The translations under genes and the position numbers were made by a program. DNA of 64,000 nucleotides from a virus. Location: the IMG/VR virus record IMGVR_UViG_3300037518_000459. One strand, 5' to 3'. The notes under the pieces were generated by a model. It did not search any database. It was given only the letters and a program-made list of their open reading frames with translations, and was not told the origin of the DNA. The first letter of the stretch is position 1, and the number at the start of each line of letters is the position of its first letter. Positions 7,704 to 16,623 of this stretch are shown one piece after another.

Positions 7704-8419
7704 CTCGGCCTCCCTAGATACTCAGGAGCGATCTTCCCTTGCTTCGCGGCGCGCGCCGCTTCGTCCTGCGTCGGCATCCAGGCGAGTTCAGCGAGGTGCT
7801 CGATCGTTCCGGGCAGGAGGTGCCCCGGGTGACAGAGTTCGCCGAACATCATCTTGGCGTACTGGAAGTGATCGACGATCCGGTGCTCGACGACCTTGTA
7901 CGTCCACCCTTCGTGGACGACGGTCGCGTTGAACAGGTTCTGCTCGCCGAGCGTGTCGATAACATCATGCCCTCGGCACGGACCGTTCAGGAACGTGGCG
8001 GTGACGATCACGGCGTCCCCTTCGTAGGAAGAGCGGCCTTGATGGCAGCGATCCAGCCGCAGGCGTCCGACATCCCGGCACAGATCGAGTCGGTCGTCCT
8101 CCAGCCTCCGCAGCGCCTCGTGCGCCGCTTCGATGGTGATGGTGGCCGCGTCGGGCGGCACTTTTCCCTCGACGCATCCACAGGGAACGTACAGGGGGTC
8201 GTATTCTCGACGAAACCCCGGTCTCCCTGAACCCTTACACTCCAGGCAATCCGGCCAGGAGGCGCGCGCCACCGCGTCAACCACGTCTCCGATGAACTCC
8301 TCTACATCGCTTTGCCGGAGAAGAAACTCCCCCTCGCCCTCCCACGCCTCCAGGTTTATGTCGCCGTGCCGCACACAGAAGCGCGCCCTCCAGTGCCGGA
8401 TCAGTTCCTCGCGCGTCAC
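7700..8419 (-). CDS. Cys-rich hypothetical protein, 239 aa, GTG start
   Basis: The protein-like part of ORF 7700..8629 begins VTREEL after GGAGGTGGA; it carries CLECKG and CGCVEG motifs. Confidence 0.55.
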   Translation of the reverse strand: MTREELIRHWRARFCVRHGDINLEAWEGEGEFLLRQSDVEEFIGDVVDAVARASWPDCLECKGSGRPGFRREYDPLYVPCGCVEGKVPPDAATITIEAAHEALRRLEDDRLDLCRDVGRLRLDRCHQGRSSYEGDAVIVTATFLNGPCRGHDVIDTLGEQNLFNATVVHEGWTYKVVEHRIVDHFQYAKMMFGELCHPGHLLPGTIEHLAELAWMPTQDEAARAAKQGKIAPEYLGRPR

Positions 8420-8487
8420 CACTCCACCTCCCCGAACAGCGCACGCATCATGCGCAGCAGCGCCCACGTTCCGTTGCTCCAGGTCAT
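8416..8487 (-). CDS. Micro-ORF, 23 aa (MTWSNGTWALLRMMRALFGEVEW), possible coupling element
   Basis: Strong AAGGAGG SD. Its ATG overlaps the TGA of the AAA+ gene and its TGA overlaps the GTG of the downstream gene. Confidence 0.25.
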   Translation of the reverse strand: MTWSNGTWALLRMMRALFGEVEW

Positions 8488-9695
8488 GCTTCCTCCTTTG
8501 CGGCGACCAGCCGCTCTTGCGCTTCGGCCATCGAGCATCCGAGCATCTCCAATGCGAAGGCCGCGGCAGCCAAGTCATTCGACACCTCGGGGTAGAACCT
8601 CGCGTAAAGCCGTCTGAGCTGATCGGCATCCGGCTTGGCGAGGTGGATCCGAACGTCCACGCGCCCCGGGCGCACGAGCGCCGGATCCAGCTTCTCGGGG
8701 TGATTCGTCGTCATCAGGACGATGTGTCCCTCGCTGGACGTCACGCCGTCGAGGGCGTTGAGGAGTCCGCTGAAGGTCACCTTGTCCTTGCTCTTCTTCT
8801 TGCGCCCCTCGAACAGCGCGTCGACGTCCTCCATGAGGATGATCTTGTGCCCCGCCCGGGACATCAGGCTCATCAAGCCAGCGTCGCCCAGCTGATCGCG
8901 GCCGAAGTTGATCACGGCGAGGTCCATCTCCAGCTCCGTGGCTAGGGCGATCGCGAGGCTCGTCTTCCCATTGCCCGGCGGGCCGTCGAGGAGGATCCCC
9001 AGGCGCCACGGGATGCCACGCTCCCGGTACCAGTTCCGCGAGTCGAGGAACTGGCGGCACCGCCCGAGCAGCTCTTCCTTGAGGCCAGCCTTGAGCACCA
9101 CGCTGCCGATGGGCCGCGGCTCCGCGCGCTGCAGGTGGCACCAGTTCCCGTAATCGTCGCCGGAGTAGATGTCGGGCCCCGAGCCGAACCGGGCAAGGGC
9201 CTTGTCCCGCGCCGTGTCCAGGAAGGAGCGCACCGCTTCCTTGCTCCACCGCGCCGCGTTGACGTAGTACGTTTCCCTCTGCAGGAGGGAATCGAACCCG
9301 TGTTCGCCGCCCTTGGCGTTGTCGTCCCGTTGGCGATGCACGAAGATCCAGTGTCCCTCGTACCGGAAGAGGTGGCGCCCGAGCCCCGGAACCAGCCGGA
9401 TGGGCATGCGGCGCTCCCCCTCGCGCAGGTGATCCAGCCGCGTGGTGGCACTGAGGCGCCGCGCTCGCCGCGCCGCCCCGCTGCCGGCGAGCCACCGGCT
9501 GATCCAGTCGTACAGGGGATCCGGCTGCCGCACCTCCACCTCCAACGCGATCAGGTTGAGGGTCCTGTCCCACAAGCGCTTCGGCAACTCGCGTGCTTGG
9601 TGCGCGAGGTACGACAACGTGACCACGAACAGACCGCCTGTGGCGAGCTGGTTGGTGGCGGCCTGCTCTTTGACCCACGCGATGAGGTGCTCCAT
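8484..9695 (-). CDS. AAA+ ATPase, BCS1-like family, 403 aa
   Basis: Walker A GPPGNGKT and Walker B ILMEDVD in an AAA+ core. The start is taken at the internal MEHLIAW, since the upstream 95 aa look like Arg-rich frame artefact. Confidence 0.75.
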   Translation of the reverse strand: MEHLIAWVKEQAATNQLATGGLFVVTLSYLAHQARELPKRLWDRTLNLIALEVEVRQPDPLYDWISRWLAGSGAARRARRLSATTRLDHLREGERRMPIRLVPGLGRHLFRYEGHWIFVHRQRDDNAKGGEHGFDSLLQRETYYVNAARWSKEAVRSFLDTARDKALARFGSGPDIYSGDDYGNWCHLQRAEPRPIGSVVLKAGLKEELLGRCRQFLDSRNWYRERGIPWRLGILLDGPPGNGKTSLAIALATELEMDLAVINFGRDQLGDAGLMSLMSRAGHKIILMEDVDALFEGRKKKSKDKVTFSGLLNALDGVTSSEGHIVLMTTNHPEKLDPALVRPGRVDVRIHLAKPDADQLRRLYARFYPEVSNDLAAAAFALEMLGCSMAEAQERLVAAKEEA

Positions 9696-9937
9696 CACCA
9701 CGCCGCCAGCGCGAAGATGTGGGCCGCGGCAACGCCGAGCAGAGTGACCACGCCAGCGAGAATGCCGAGCATCACCCAGTCGACGCGGTCCATGAACTTC
9801 GTCCGATGCTGCCACTCGGCGCGCACCGACCAGCGCCAGCTGGCGAACGGCCGGCACCGGCTGCACGGCGCGGTGCTCGTCATCAGGTAGTTGGCACCGG
9901 GCTCGTGCCGCGTTCCGCCGCACCACTTGCAGGACAT
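9695..9937 (-). CDS. Zinc-ribbon plus C-terminal TM protein, 80 aa
   Basis: MSCKWCGG...CSRC, followed by a hydrophobic C-terminus; SD AGGAGGAGG. Confidence 0.55.
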   Translation of the reverse strand: MSCKWCGGTRHEPGANYLMTSTAPCSRCRPFASWRWSVRAEWQHRTKFMDRVDWVMLGILAGVVTLLGVAAAHIFALAAW

Positions 9938-10431
9938 CACTGGACCTCCTCCTGGGGCATGAGCAGCGCCCGCTCCCCATTGGATCCCAGGATCACGACC
10001 GGCTGCCCGGGCTCCGATGGCAGGTACACCCGAACCGTGCTCCCGTTCTTCGGGAACGCGTCGAGCGCGTCGATCAACAGCTGCGGCTCCACGCGGAAGG
10101 GGATCCCTTGGGCCTCGGCCCGCGGACCAAAGTCGGGCCACGCCTTGAGCCGCTGGGCGCCGGCCACGCGCTCACCCTGTTGCACGACGTGCCCGTTGGT
10201 TCCGACCTCGGCCCCGTGCGTGGCCTTCAGCTTCGCGGGGTCGAAGCCCGCGACGACCTCCCCTTCATGCGCCGCCGGCACCGATACGACGACGAATCCA
10301 TCCGACGCCTCCGCGCGTCCGCGCCCGATCGCGATCACCGGTGGCAGGATCCCGTTCTTCTTGGCCCGCGCGGCGAGGCGCTTGGCCACCCGCACGAAGT
10401 CCTTGGAGAGTTGGACTACCATCTCACTCAT
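9937..10431 (-). CDS. Hypothetical protein, 164 aa
   Basis: ORF-track protein with ordinary composition. Confidence 0.55.
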   Translation of the reverse strand: MSEMVVQLSKDFVRVAKRLAARAKKNGILPPVIAIGRGRAEASDGFVVVSVPAAHEGEVVAGFDPAKLKATHGAEVGTNGHVVQQGERVAGAQRLKAWPDFGPRAEAQGIPFRVEPQLLIDALDAFPKNGSTVRVYLPSEPGQPVVILGSNGERALLMPQEEVQ

Positions 10432-10810
10432 CGCGCTTCCACTCCTCGATCTGGGACGGATTCACTTCGGCGATGCCCATGTGCCGGCGCAGCTGCTCCG
10501 CCTGGACCATCGCGTCCTTCAGGGCCCGGGCGAACGCGCGGGTCGCGACGAAGTCATCTGGCTCTTCTTCTGGCGAGCGACCCCCCGCGCGCCAGTTCAC
10601 CTCGACGCGGGGCGCTCGGCCCAGCCCGGCGTCGTGCGAGGCTCGAACCTCGACCATGTCCTGCCAGAACCCATGCGGGCGGTACGCGATCTCCACGCGG
10701 TCGAAGCGTTCCCCCAGCTCCGGGCGGAACGGGAACCGGAGGGTCGACCGCGTGAACCCGCGCGGGTCGCGGCGCAGCTTGCGAGTGGGCTTGCGAGGGA
10801 GGCCCGTCAT
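10424..10810 (-). CDS. Hypothetical protein, 128 aa
   Basis: ORF track; SD GGAGG. Confidence 0.55.
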   Translation of the reverse strand: MTGLPRKPTRKLRRDPRGFTRSTLRFPFRPELGERFDRVEIAYRPHGFWQDMVEVRASHDAGLGRAPRVEVNWRAGGRSPEEEPDDFVATRAFARALKDAMVQAEQLRRHMGIAEVNPSQIEEWKRDE

Positions 10811-11151
10811 CACTTCACCTCCAGCGCACGCTCGATGTCCTTGATCCAGCTGTCCACGATCGATCGCCCCTCGGGCCAGTTGCCCGCTGCCATCGCCCGA
10901 AGACTTGTCAGCGCGGTTCTGGCCCTCCGCTGAACGTCGGCGTTGACGCGGCGGGCGATCTCGGCGCGGTAGACGGACGCCTCGTCGCGGTAGTAGTTGG
11001 CGTTGAGGGTGCCCTTCTCCAGGTCCATCGCCTCCGCGGCGGGGAGCGTCTTCTCGATGTCCAGCAGGGCCCCGTGGAGTTCCGTGTTGGTCATCACGCG
11101 GGCGTGCTCCTCGGTGGCCTCCCAGACGATGTTGCCGTTCCGGTCGCGCAT
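10810..11151 (-). CDS. Hypothetical protein, 113 aa
   Basis: Internal ATG (MRDRNGN) after GGGAGG; the N-terminal part of the ORF is Gly/Arg junk. Confidence 0.55.
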   Translation of the reverse strand: MRDRNGNIVWEATEEHARVMTNTELHGALLDIEKTLPAAEAMDLEKGTLNANYYRDEASVYRAEIARRVNADVQRRARTALTSLRAMAAGNWPEGRSIVDSWIKDIERALEVK

Positions 11152-11153
11152 GA

Positions 11154-11645
11154 CTACTTGCCTCCCAGCGCCCGAAGGCGCGCTGCGTGGGTCTTCAACT
11201 TGTTGGCCTTCAACAGGCGCCACTGCAGGGACAGTTTCCGGTTGAAGGATTCCGGCGGGAGCCAGCCCCCGGCGTTCAGCCGCATCAGCTCCTCGACCAG
11301 CGGGGTCCTCGCCGCCTCCCACTCGTCCGCGATCCGACGCGCCTCGTCCGAGGCCGGCGTCGCCACGCGCGGGACCCCACCCTGGTCCAGAACCACCGTC
11401 ACGACGCGCCCGGTTCCGTGGTTCGCGCCGCCGCACTTGCAGCCGCACTTGGGACCCGTAGCGGAGGTGCACCGGTCGTCGCACGCGCAGCGCTCCTCCA
11501 CCTTCACGAGTCGATCCACGTGCACCTCACCCATGAACCACCAGCCGGCGCGACCGCACGCCGCGCATTCCGCCTTGGCCGGCATCCGTCCCTCGGTCGC
11601 GACTACGGTCAGGCACGCCTTGCATCGGTGGAAGAACCTGTTCAT
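11154..11645 (-). CDS. Cys-rich zinc-finger protein, 163 aa
   Basis: CKAC...CAAC...CACDDRC...CGCKC clusters. The start MNRFF follows AAGGGGGC; an alternative start lies at 11678. Confidence 0.55.
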   Translation of the reverse strand: MNRFFHRCKACLTVVATEGRMPAKAECAACGRAGWWFMGEVHVDRLVKVEERCACDDRCTSATGPKCGCKCGGANHGTGRVVTVVLDQGGVPRVATPASDEARRIADEWEAARTPLVEELMRLNAGGWLPPESFNRKLSLQWRLLKANKLKTHAARLRALGGK

Positions 11646-11699
11646 CTTGGCCCCCTTGATGGTACCAGTGTAAGTCATGCCCGGAGATAATGCAACCCT

Positions 11700-11792
11700 T
11701 GGGCCAAGCAAAAGGGTGGCCATCTCTGGCCACCCCTTGCCGATCCTGACACCCTGGAGTAGCAAACTGCACGGGGGTCGTGCAGAGTGCGA
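11700..11792 (-). terminator. Two GC-rich hairpins, GGGTGGCCA-N4-TGGCCACCC and CTGCACG-N5-CGTGCAG
   Basis: Inverted repeats directly downstream of gene 11793..12071; there is no T-tract. Confidence 0.35.
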
Positions 11793-12071
11793 TCAGTCCT
11801 GGGGCGCCAGCATCCGGGCCGCGAACGCCAGGGCGCCAGCGATCAGGCCCAGGAGGTGCATGTCGACGCTGTCCGCGTCCTCGACCACCATGACCCCCGC
11901 CTTCAGGGCCACGGAGTCGCGAGCGGCCGTCAGCGCCTCATCGTAGCCGGGCTGGCCGACCGCGACGGACAGGGACAGCGCCCGCTCGGACGCGTACTCG
12001 GCCAGCTCCGCGCGGTCCTCCTCCGCGCCGATCTTCAGGTCGTTCAGGATGTCCAGAAACTCCTGCTCCAT
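11793..12071 (-). CDS. Hypothetical acidic protein, 92 aa
   Basis: ORF track. Confidence 0.55.
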   Translation of the reverse strand: MEQEFLDILNDLKIGAEEDRAELAEYASERALSLSVAVGQPGYDEALTAARDSVALKAGVMVVEDADSVDMHLLGLIAGALAFAARMLAPQD

Positions 12072-12073
12072 GT

Positions 12074-12256
12074 TCAGCTCTCCTGCGCCACGAGGACGCG
12101 GTTGTCAGCCGGCTCCGGAGAACCGGCGTGCGTGATCAGCTGAATCGCGAGCGCCCGCGCGCAGGGGCGGCACAGCCCCCGGTTTCCGAGCTGCACTACT
12201 GCGCGCCTCCGGCACGCGCAGAGCCCGCGATCCTCCTGCTTCAGCGGCTCGACCAC
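12074..12256 (-). CDS. Small Cys-rich, zinc-ribbon-like protein, 60 aa, GTG start
   Basis: C-terminal part of ORF 12074..12415, with GGAG 6 nt upstream, a CAC...CRPC motif and high GC3. Confidence 0.4.
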   Translation of the reverse strand: MVEPLKQEDRGLCACRRRAVVQLGNRGLCRPCARALAIQLITHAGSPEPADNRVLVAQES

Positions 12257-12258
12257 GG

Positions 12259-12717
12259 TCACTCCGGGTCGGTGGGCTCGCCGGCGAGCGCGGTGAGCGC
12301 CTCGTCGAAGCGGTTGATCCTCTCCTGCAGCTCGACAGCGACGGCGGGGCCGATCTCCCCGGCCGACTCGCGAGCGGCGATGCCGCGCACGGCGTAGAAC
12401 ATGAACTCCGACCAATCGCGCGCGCGCAGGGCCACCATCTCACTGACGCGAGGGGACTCGGCGCTCAGTTCGACGCCCCAGTCGGCGGTGCGGTCGAACA
12501 GGTCGACGGCCGCGGTGGACGTGAGGTCCCCCTTGGCCTGTGCGTCATTGACGCCGGACGCGATGTCCATGCTGACGGCCGGCCACGCCTGCTCGATGGC
12601 CGGCAGCAGGACGTGCTCGCGACTCTCCACGCCGGCGCGGCCGAAGATCGAGGCACAGCCCTGGGCCACGATGAACGCGGCGAGCGCGATCGCCACGATC
12701 GCATTGCGGTTCCTCAT
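12259..12717 (-). CDS. Secreted or lipoprotein-like protein, 152 aa
   Basis: N-terminal signal-like MRNRNAIVAIALAAFIVAQGCAS. Confidence 0.55.
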   Translation of the reverse strand: MRNRNAIVAIALAAFIVAQGCASIFGRAGVESREHVLLPAIEQAWPAVSMDIASGVNDAQAKGDLTSTAAVDLFDRTADWGVELSAESPRVSEMVALRARDWSEFMFYAVRGIAARESAGEIGPAVAVELQERINRFDEALTALAGEPTDPE

Positions 12718-12750
12718 GTGGGTCTCCTTCTTTCAGGGTGATGGGGCGGA

Positions 12751-12966
12751 CTACGAACGGGGCGACGGGCTCCGCTTCGCCCAGGTACGGAGCACCATGT
12801 AGAGGGCTTCGAGGCCACCGATGATGGCCATCGCGACGGTGTCGTCGACTTCGGCGATCTGCTGCCCGGCGGGCAGCACGGCGTTGATGGCCATGACGGC
12901 CTGGACGAACAGCTTCGCCCAGAACTCGGAGGTCTTGTTTCCAGGCTTCACGGGCTGCATGCGCAC
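12751..12966 (-). CDS. Small membrane protein, 71 aa
   Basis: ORF track; two hydrophobic segments. Confidence 0.45.
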   Translation of the reverse strand: MRMQPVKPGNKTSEFWAKLFVQAVMAINAVLPAGQQIAEVDDTVAMAIIGGLEALYMVLRTWAKRSPSPRS

Positions 12967-13017
12967 CTCACGGTTAGAGTAGTACAGCGTGCGTGGAACA
13001 TCCTACCACGCCCGAAC

Positions 13018-13566
13018 CTAGTCCGACAAGGGCCTGTCGCCGGAGAACGCGTAGACCCGCGCCCGGGCGAAGTCCGAGATGAAGAACCGCTCGACGTTGA
13101 CCCCATAGGGACGCGACAGGTCCGCGTGGCACAGCTTAGTCAGGTGGGACGAGGCCCCATCCCCCGCTTGGGCTTCTAGCAGGTCCCGGAATCTGTGCTC
13201 CGCGATGTGGCGCGCGAGCGCCGCGAGCGAAATGTCCCCGATTGTGGCGTCGTGGTCCCAGTTCGCGGTCAGGGCCTGAACCACGTTGCGTATTGTGTAG
13301 ACGACCACCCCGGCGACCACCACTGACACGCCGTCCTTCGTGGTCAGCCGCTGCGCCGGCAGGTTCAGGGTCTGGCGCGCGGTCGCGATGACCTCCACCT
13401 CGGTGACCAGTGGCCACCACCAGAAGAGCCCGGGACGGATCTCACTGATGACGGAGCCGCGCCGGAACTTCACGCCACCGTGCGTGGTGCGGCAGATGCC
13501 GAGCCGTGGCACCAGCGACAGCAGCGCCTGGAAAATCTGACCGAGCCAACCGAAGACTTCCACCAT
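13018..13566 (-). CDS. SPFH/band-7 (stomatin/prohibitin-like) domain protein, 182 aa
   Basis: LPAQRLTTKDGVSVVVAGVVVYTI region is typical of SPFH, with an N-terminal hydrophobic anchor. Confidence 0.6.
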   Translation of the reverse strand: MVEVFGWLGQIFQALLSLVPRLGICRTTHGGVKFRRGSVISEIRPGLFWWWPLVTEVEVIATARQTLNLPAQRLTTKDGVSVVVAGVVVYTIRNVVQALTANWDHDATIGDISLAALARHIAEHRFRDLLEAQAGDGASSHLTKLCHADLSRPYGVNVERFFISDFARARVYAFSGDRPLSD

Positions 13567-13573
13567 GAGGGAC

Positions 13574-13756
13574 CTACCGCTTTCCTTGCGTGATGGAGGA
13601 CTCATGGCCCTTGAGGGCCATGAGTGAGACGAAGCCGACGACGAACACGAGAGACCGCGCCCACCACGACATGCCATCGGCGAACACGGAGCCGAACATC
13701 AGGCCCAGGGAGAGAATCAGTTCACCGACCGCGCTTGGGCGCCAGTAGGTCTTCAT
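13574..13756 (-). CDS. Small membrane protein, 60 aa
   Basis: Internal M of ORF 13574..14011, SD GGAAGG, two TM segments. Confidence 0.5.
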   Translation of the reverse strand: MKTYWRPSAVGELILSLGLMFGSVFADGMSWWARSLVFVVGFVSLMALKGHESSITQGKR

Positions 13757-13980
13757 GCGAACGCACTTCCTTCCTGCGCGATGCGACGCGCGTAGAGGTC
13801 GACCATGTCCAGGTCGTTGTTGACGTAGATGCCGTGGGGGTTGCCCGGGCACTTGAAGCACGCGTGCCGGATCTCGTACGTGGTGACCCCGCACGTGTGG
13901 ATCTTCGTGACCTCGACCGCGTCCTTGTCCCCGACCAGCGTCAGCACCAGCTCCCGTTCCAGCAGAAGCTCCTCCTTCAT
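13753..13980 (-). CDS. Hypothetical protein, 75 aa
   Basis: ORF track, SD GGAGGAG. Confidence 0.5.
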   Translation of the reverse strand: MKEELLLERELVLTLVGDKDAVEVTKIHTCGVTTYEIRHACFKCPGNPHGIYVNNDLDMVDLYARRIAQEGSAFA

Positions 13981-14174
13981 CGTTCTCCTCCAGGCTCAGG
14001 GACTTCACCACTCGGCCGCGGCCCTCGATTCAGCGTGGATACGAGGTTGCGCAGGGCCAGTTCGATCGTCTCCTTGTCCACCGTGTTCAGCTCGACCAGG
14101 AAGACGCGAAGGCTTCCTTCCCGAGCCGCGGGGTCCACTGGTTCCATCCACTCCGTGGACCGGATGCGGGGCAC
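13977..14174 (-). CDS. Hypothetical protein, 65 aa, GTG start
   Basis: ORF track; GGAG upstream. Confidence 0.45.
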   Translation of the reverse strand: MPRIRSTEWMEPVDPAAREGSLRVFLVELNTVDKETIELALRNLVSTLNRGPRPSGEVPEPGGER

Positions 14175-14175
14175 G

Positions 14176-14748
14176 TTAGCTCCACAGCGCGGTCAGCCCG
14201 TTCCGGTGCCACGCGCCGACGAACTCCTCGGGCGTGCCGGCGTTCGGGTTGCGGTTGTAGTGCGTGTCCCAGTAACGGGCCATCGCCTCGACGTCCCCCA
14301 CCTTCGGCAGCGGTTTCGGCACGCGCAGGTAGTGCACGCGAGCCATCAGCGCCGCGTAGCGCAGGTTCCACGCCATCTCGTCGGCGTCGGGCCACCACTC
14401 AGGACCATCAGCCTCGGCGATCTCATTGGGCTCGTAGCGGCAGGGAGTAGCTCCGGAAACCGCCTCCGCTGCGACGCTCTGCCACAGGAACCGCCGGAAC
14501 TTCAGGTAGTTCAACCAGATGTCGTCGTGCGTCGCGGGCTCCATCTGCCAGAGACCCAGCGCGGGCCCGCGCCGGCCGTCGGCGTGCGCGAGCTGCCGCA
14601 GGCACGTGAAGTTCGCGGACTCCTGCGCCGCGGTACCCATCAAGAGCTGTTCGGCTTCCACGCTGGCGGCCCAACGCGAGACGTGGGCGATCGTCGCGAG
14701 CGCCGGCCGGACGACCAGCTCCAGGAGATGATCCGGTCTGAGGGCCAT
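14176..14748 (-). CDS. Lytic transglycosylase (SLT-like) domain protein, 190 aa
   Basis: AAQESANF with catalytic Glu-Ser, plus a GLWQM motif; SD GAGGAG. Confidence 0.55.
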   Translation of the reverse strand: MALRPDHLLELVVRPALATIAHVSRWAASVEAEQLLMGTAAQESANFTCLRQLAHADGRRGPALGLWQMEPATHDDIWLNYLKFRRFLWQSVAAEAVSGATPCRYEPNEIAEADGPEWWPDADEMAWNLRYAALMARVHYLRVPKPLPKVGDVEAMARYWDTHYNRNPNAGTPEEFVGAWHRNGLTALWS

Positions 14749-15122
14749 CAGTCGATCTCCTCGACTTCGACGTTTTCGATGTTGTCGAAGTTCAGCTGTT
14801 TCAGCGCCATCTCTTCGGCCAGAACGGCCGCCTCTTCCGGATCCAGCTCGTCCTCTACGCGCACTTCGCGGGTGACCTCCACCGTGGCCGTCACGTGGAC
14901 GCGGTGGGTTGGGGCCGAGGTGCAGGTGGGGTCTGGAAGCGGAGCATCGCCGATGCCGCCGAACTCCTGGTTCCTGCGCAGGGTCTCCGCGGCCATCGCG
15001 CATTCGGCCGCGGCCTGGGCCAGCTGCACGCGAAGCTCCAGCCGCGAGTTCCGGGTTTGGGGGGTGCCTCCCTCGGCCAAGGCCAGGAACTCCTCGGCGA
15101 GGGCCTCGAAACGCTTGATCAT
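14748..15122 (-). CDS. Hypothetical acidic protein, 124 aa
   Basis: Internal M, SD GAGGAGG. Confidence 0.5.
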   Translation of the reverse strand: MIKRFEALAEEFLALAEGGTPQTRNSRLELRVQLAQAAAECAMAAETLRRNQEFGGIGDAPLPDPTCTSAPTHRVHVTATVEVTREVRVEDELDPEEAAVLAEEMALKQLNFDNIENVEVEEID

Positions 15123-15355
15123 ACCACGTCCTCCTCTTCTGGGTCCAGGGCCCCGCAAATGTGCCTCGTGATGGCCTTCCAGTAGCGGGCATGACTGTGC
15201 ACCAGCTGAACGGCGACCTCGCCCCCGCACTCGAAGCCCAACCTCACGCGAGGTTGCCCGCTCGGGGATGCCGCCAAGTCCTTCTCGGCGACGACCTCCG
15301 CGCCGCACTCGCACTTGCGGTTGAACGAGTCCAGGAGGCGAGGGTCCGTCGTCAT
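15119..15355 (-). CDS. Small Cys-containing protein, 78 aa
   Basis: Internal M (MTTDPRLL) of ORF 15119..15448. Confidence 0.45.
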   Translation of the reverse strand: MTTDPRLLDSFNRKCECGAEVVAEKDLAASPSGQPRVRLGFECGGEVAVQLVHSHARYWKAITRHICGALDPEEEDVV

Positions 15356-16623
15356 TTCAGCTTCCCGGCCTCGATGACGTACGCGCCCTCGTTCCCCTCG
15401 CCGCCCACCACCTCCATGAGGACCTGGACGCCTTCCTCCTGCGCCCACTCATTCAGGACCCGCAGCGCTTCCGCGTCCAGCGACTCGCCGCGGTGAATGA
15501 CGAAGACCGGGAGCCCCGGATGCTGCGCCGCGCCGAGCGCGAGCCCGATGCGCAGCTGCTCGGCGGTGCCGAGCGAGGCCCAGCGGACGCCGTTGAAGGT
15601 GGCGTCGGCGTCGTCGAAGCCGAGGCCCTCCAGCGGCAGCTCCGCCTTGTCGATCAGGACGTCGCGCGCGGCGCGGGCCGACTCGACCGTGCTCTCCGCG
15701 GCCGCGTGCTTCTGCTCGGTGACGCGCATGCGGTCCTTCGCGGCCGCCTTCTGCAGCTTCCGCTCGACGTTCGCGTTCACGTAGTCCGCGCCGTCGATCT
15801 GGACCTTCAGCGTCTCTCCGCGCTCCTCGGAGGGAACCGGCAGGGCCGCGCGCTGATCGACGGCCTTCTTGTAACCCGTTGCCGCTGCCTCTTCCTCGGC
15901 CTCCGCGAGCGCGAGGGCTTTGGCAGCGGCGAGCACCTTGGAGGAAGCGCGCTCCAGCGTGTCCTGTGTCTTTTCGACCAGGGTCTGAGCGGCCTTCAGC
16001 TCCTGATGCTGGCGTTGCAGCTCCTGCAGTTCCGCCAGGAGCGCCGACGCCGACACCTTCTCGTCGGGCGTCCCCTTGGGCGCGTCGGGCAGCTCCTTGA
16101 ACGCCGCCGCTGCGGACCGGGCCTCACGGCCGGCCGACAGGCGCGCGGCCTCGGCGGCCTCGATCATCTCCTCGGCCTTCGCCAGCTCCTCGCCGAGGCC
16201 CGCCACCCGGATCATCAGCGTGCGGCGCTCCGCCGGCGGCATGCCGCTGAACGCCAGGGGATCCAGCAGGTCCGGTGGACGGATCGTGTCGAGGAAGGAC
16301 TGCGGGGATCCGATGACCTCGTCGCCGCGCTTCACGGTCAGGGTCGTGCCCTTCTCCGTGAACGTGCGCCGCACCACGAGCCCGTCGCCCAGGTCCAGCT
16401 CCGTCCAGCCCTTGTCCTGCCCCTGGCGCAGCGGCTCCGCGACCTTCTGGGCCGCGGCGCGGTACTCCAGGAGCAGCTCGATCGCCCGCAGCAGGGACGA
16501 CTTGCCCTGCCCGTTGCGGCCGGCGATGATGGTCACGCCGGACGCCGCCGGCTCCAGCTCGACGTGCTCCACCGCGAGCACGTTCTGCACGCGGAGGCTG
16601 TGGATTCGATGCTGCTCACTCAT
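15352..16623 (-). CDS. SbcC/RecN-like SMC-family ATPase, 423 aa
   Basis: N-terminal Walker A GRNGQGKSS, a long coiled-coil middle, and C-terminal Walker B VFVIHRGESLD; SD AGGAGG. Confidence 0.75.
   Translation of the reverse strand: MSEQHRIHSLRVQNVLAVEHVELEPAASGVTIIAGRNGQGKSSLLRAIELLLEYRAAAQKVAEPLRQGQDKGWTELDLGDGLVVRRTFTEKGTTLTVKRGDEVIGSPQSFLDTIRPPDLLDPLAFSGMPPAERRTLMIRVAGLGEELAKAEEMIEAAEAARLSAGREARSAAAAFKELPDAPKGTPDEKVSASALLAELQELQRQHQELKAAQTLVEKTQDTLERASSKVLAAAKALALAEAEEEAAATGYKKAVDQRAALPVPSEERGETLKVQIDGADYVNANVERKLQKAAAKDRMRVTEQKHAAAESTVESARAARDVLIDKAELPLEGLGFDDADATFNGVRWASLGTAEQLRIGLALGAAQHPGLPVFVIHRGESLDAEALRVLNEWAQEEGVQVLMEVVGGEGNEGAYVIEAGKLK

Noticed and set aside
8484-9980. Full 498-aa reading of the AAA+ ORF starting at 9980
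   Set aside because: The first 95 residues are Arg-rich frame artefact overlapping the upstream Zn-ribbon gene. The internal ATG at 9695 begins the conserved domain.
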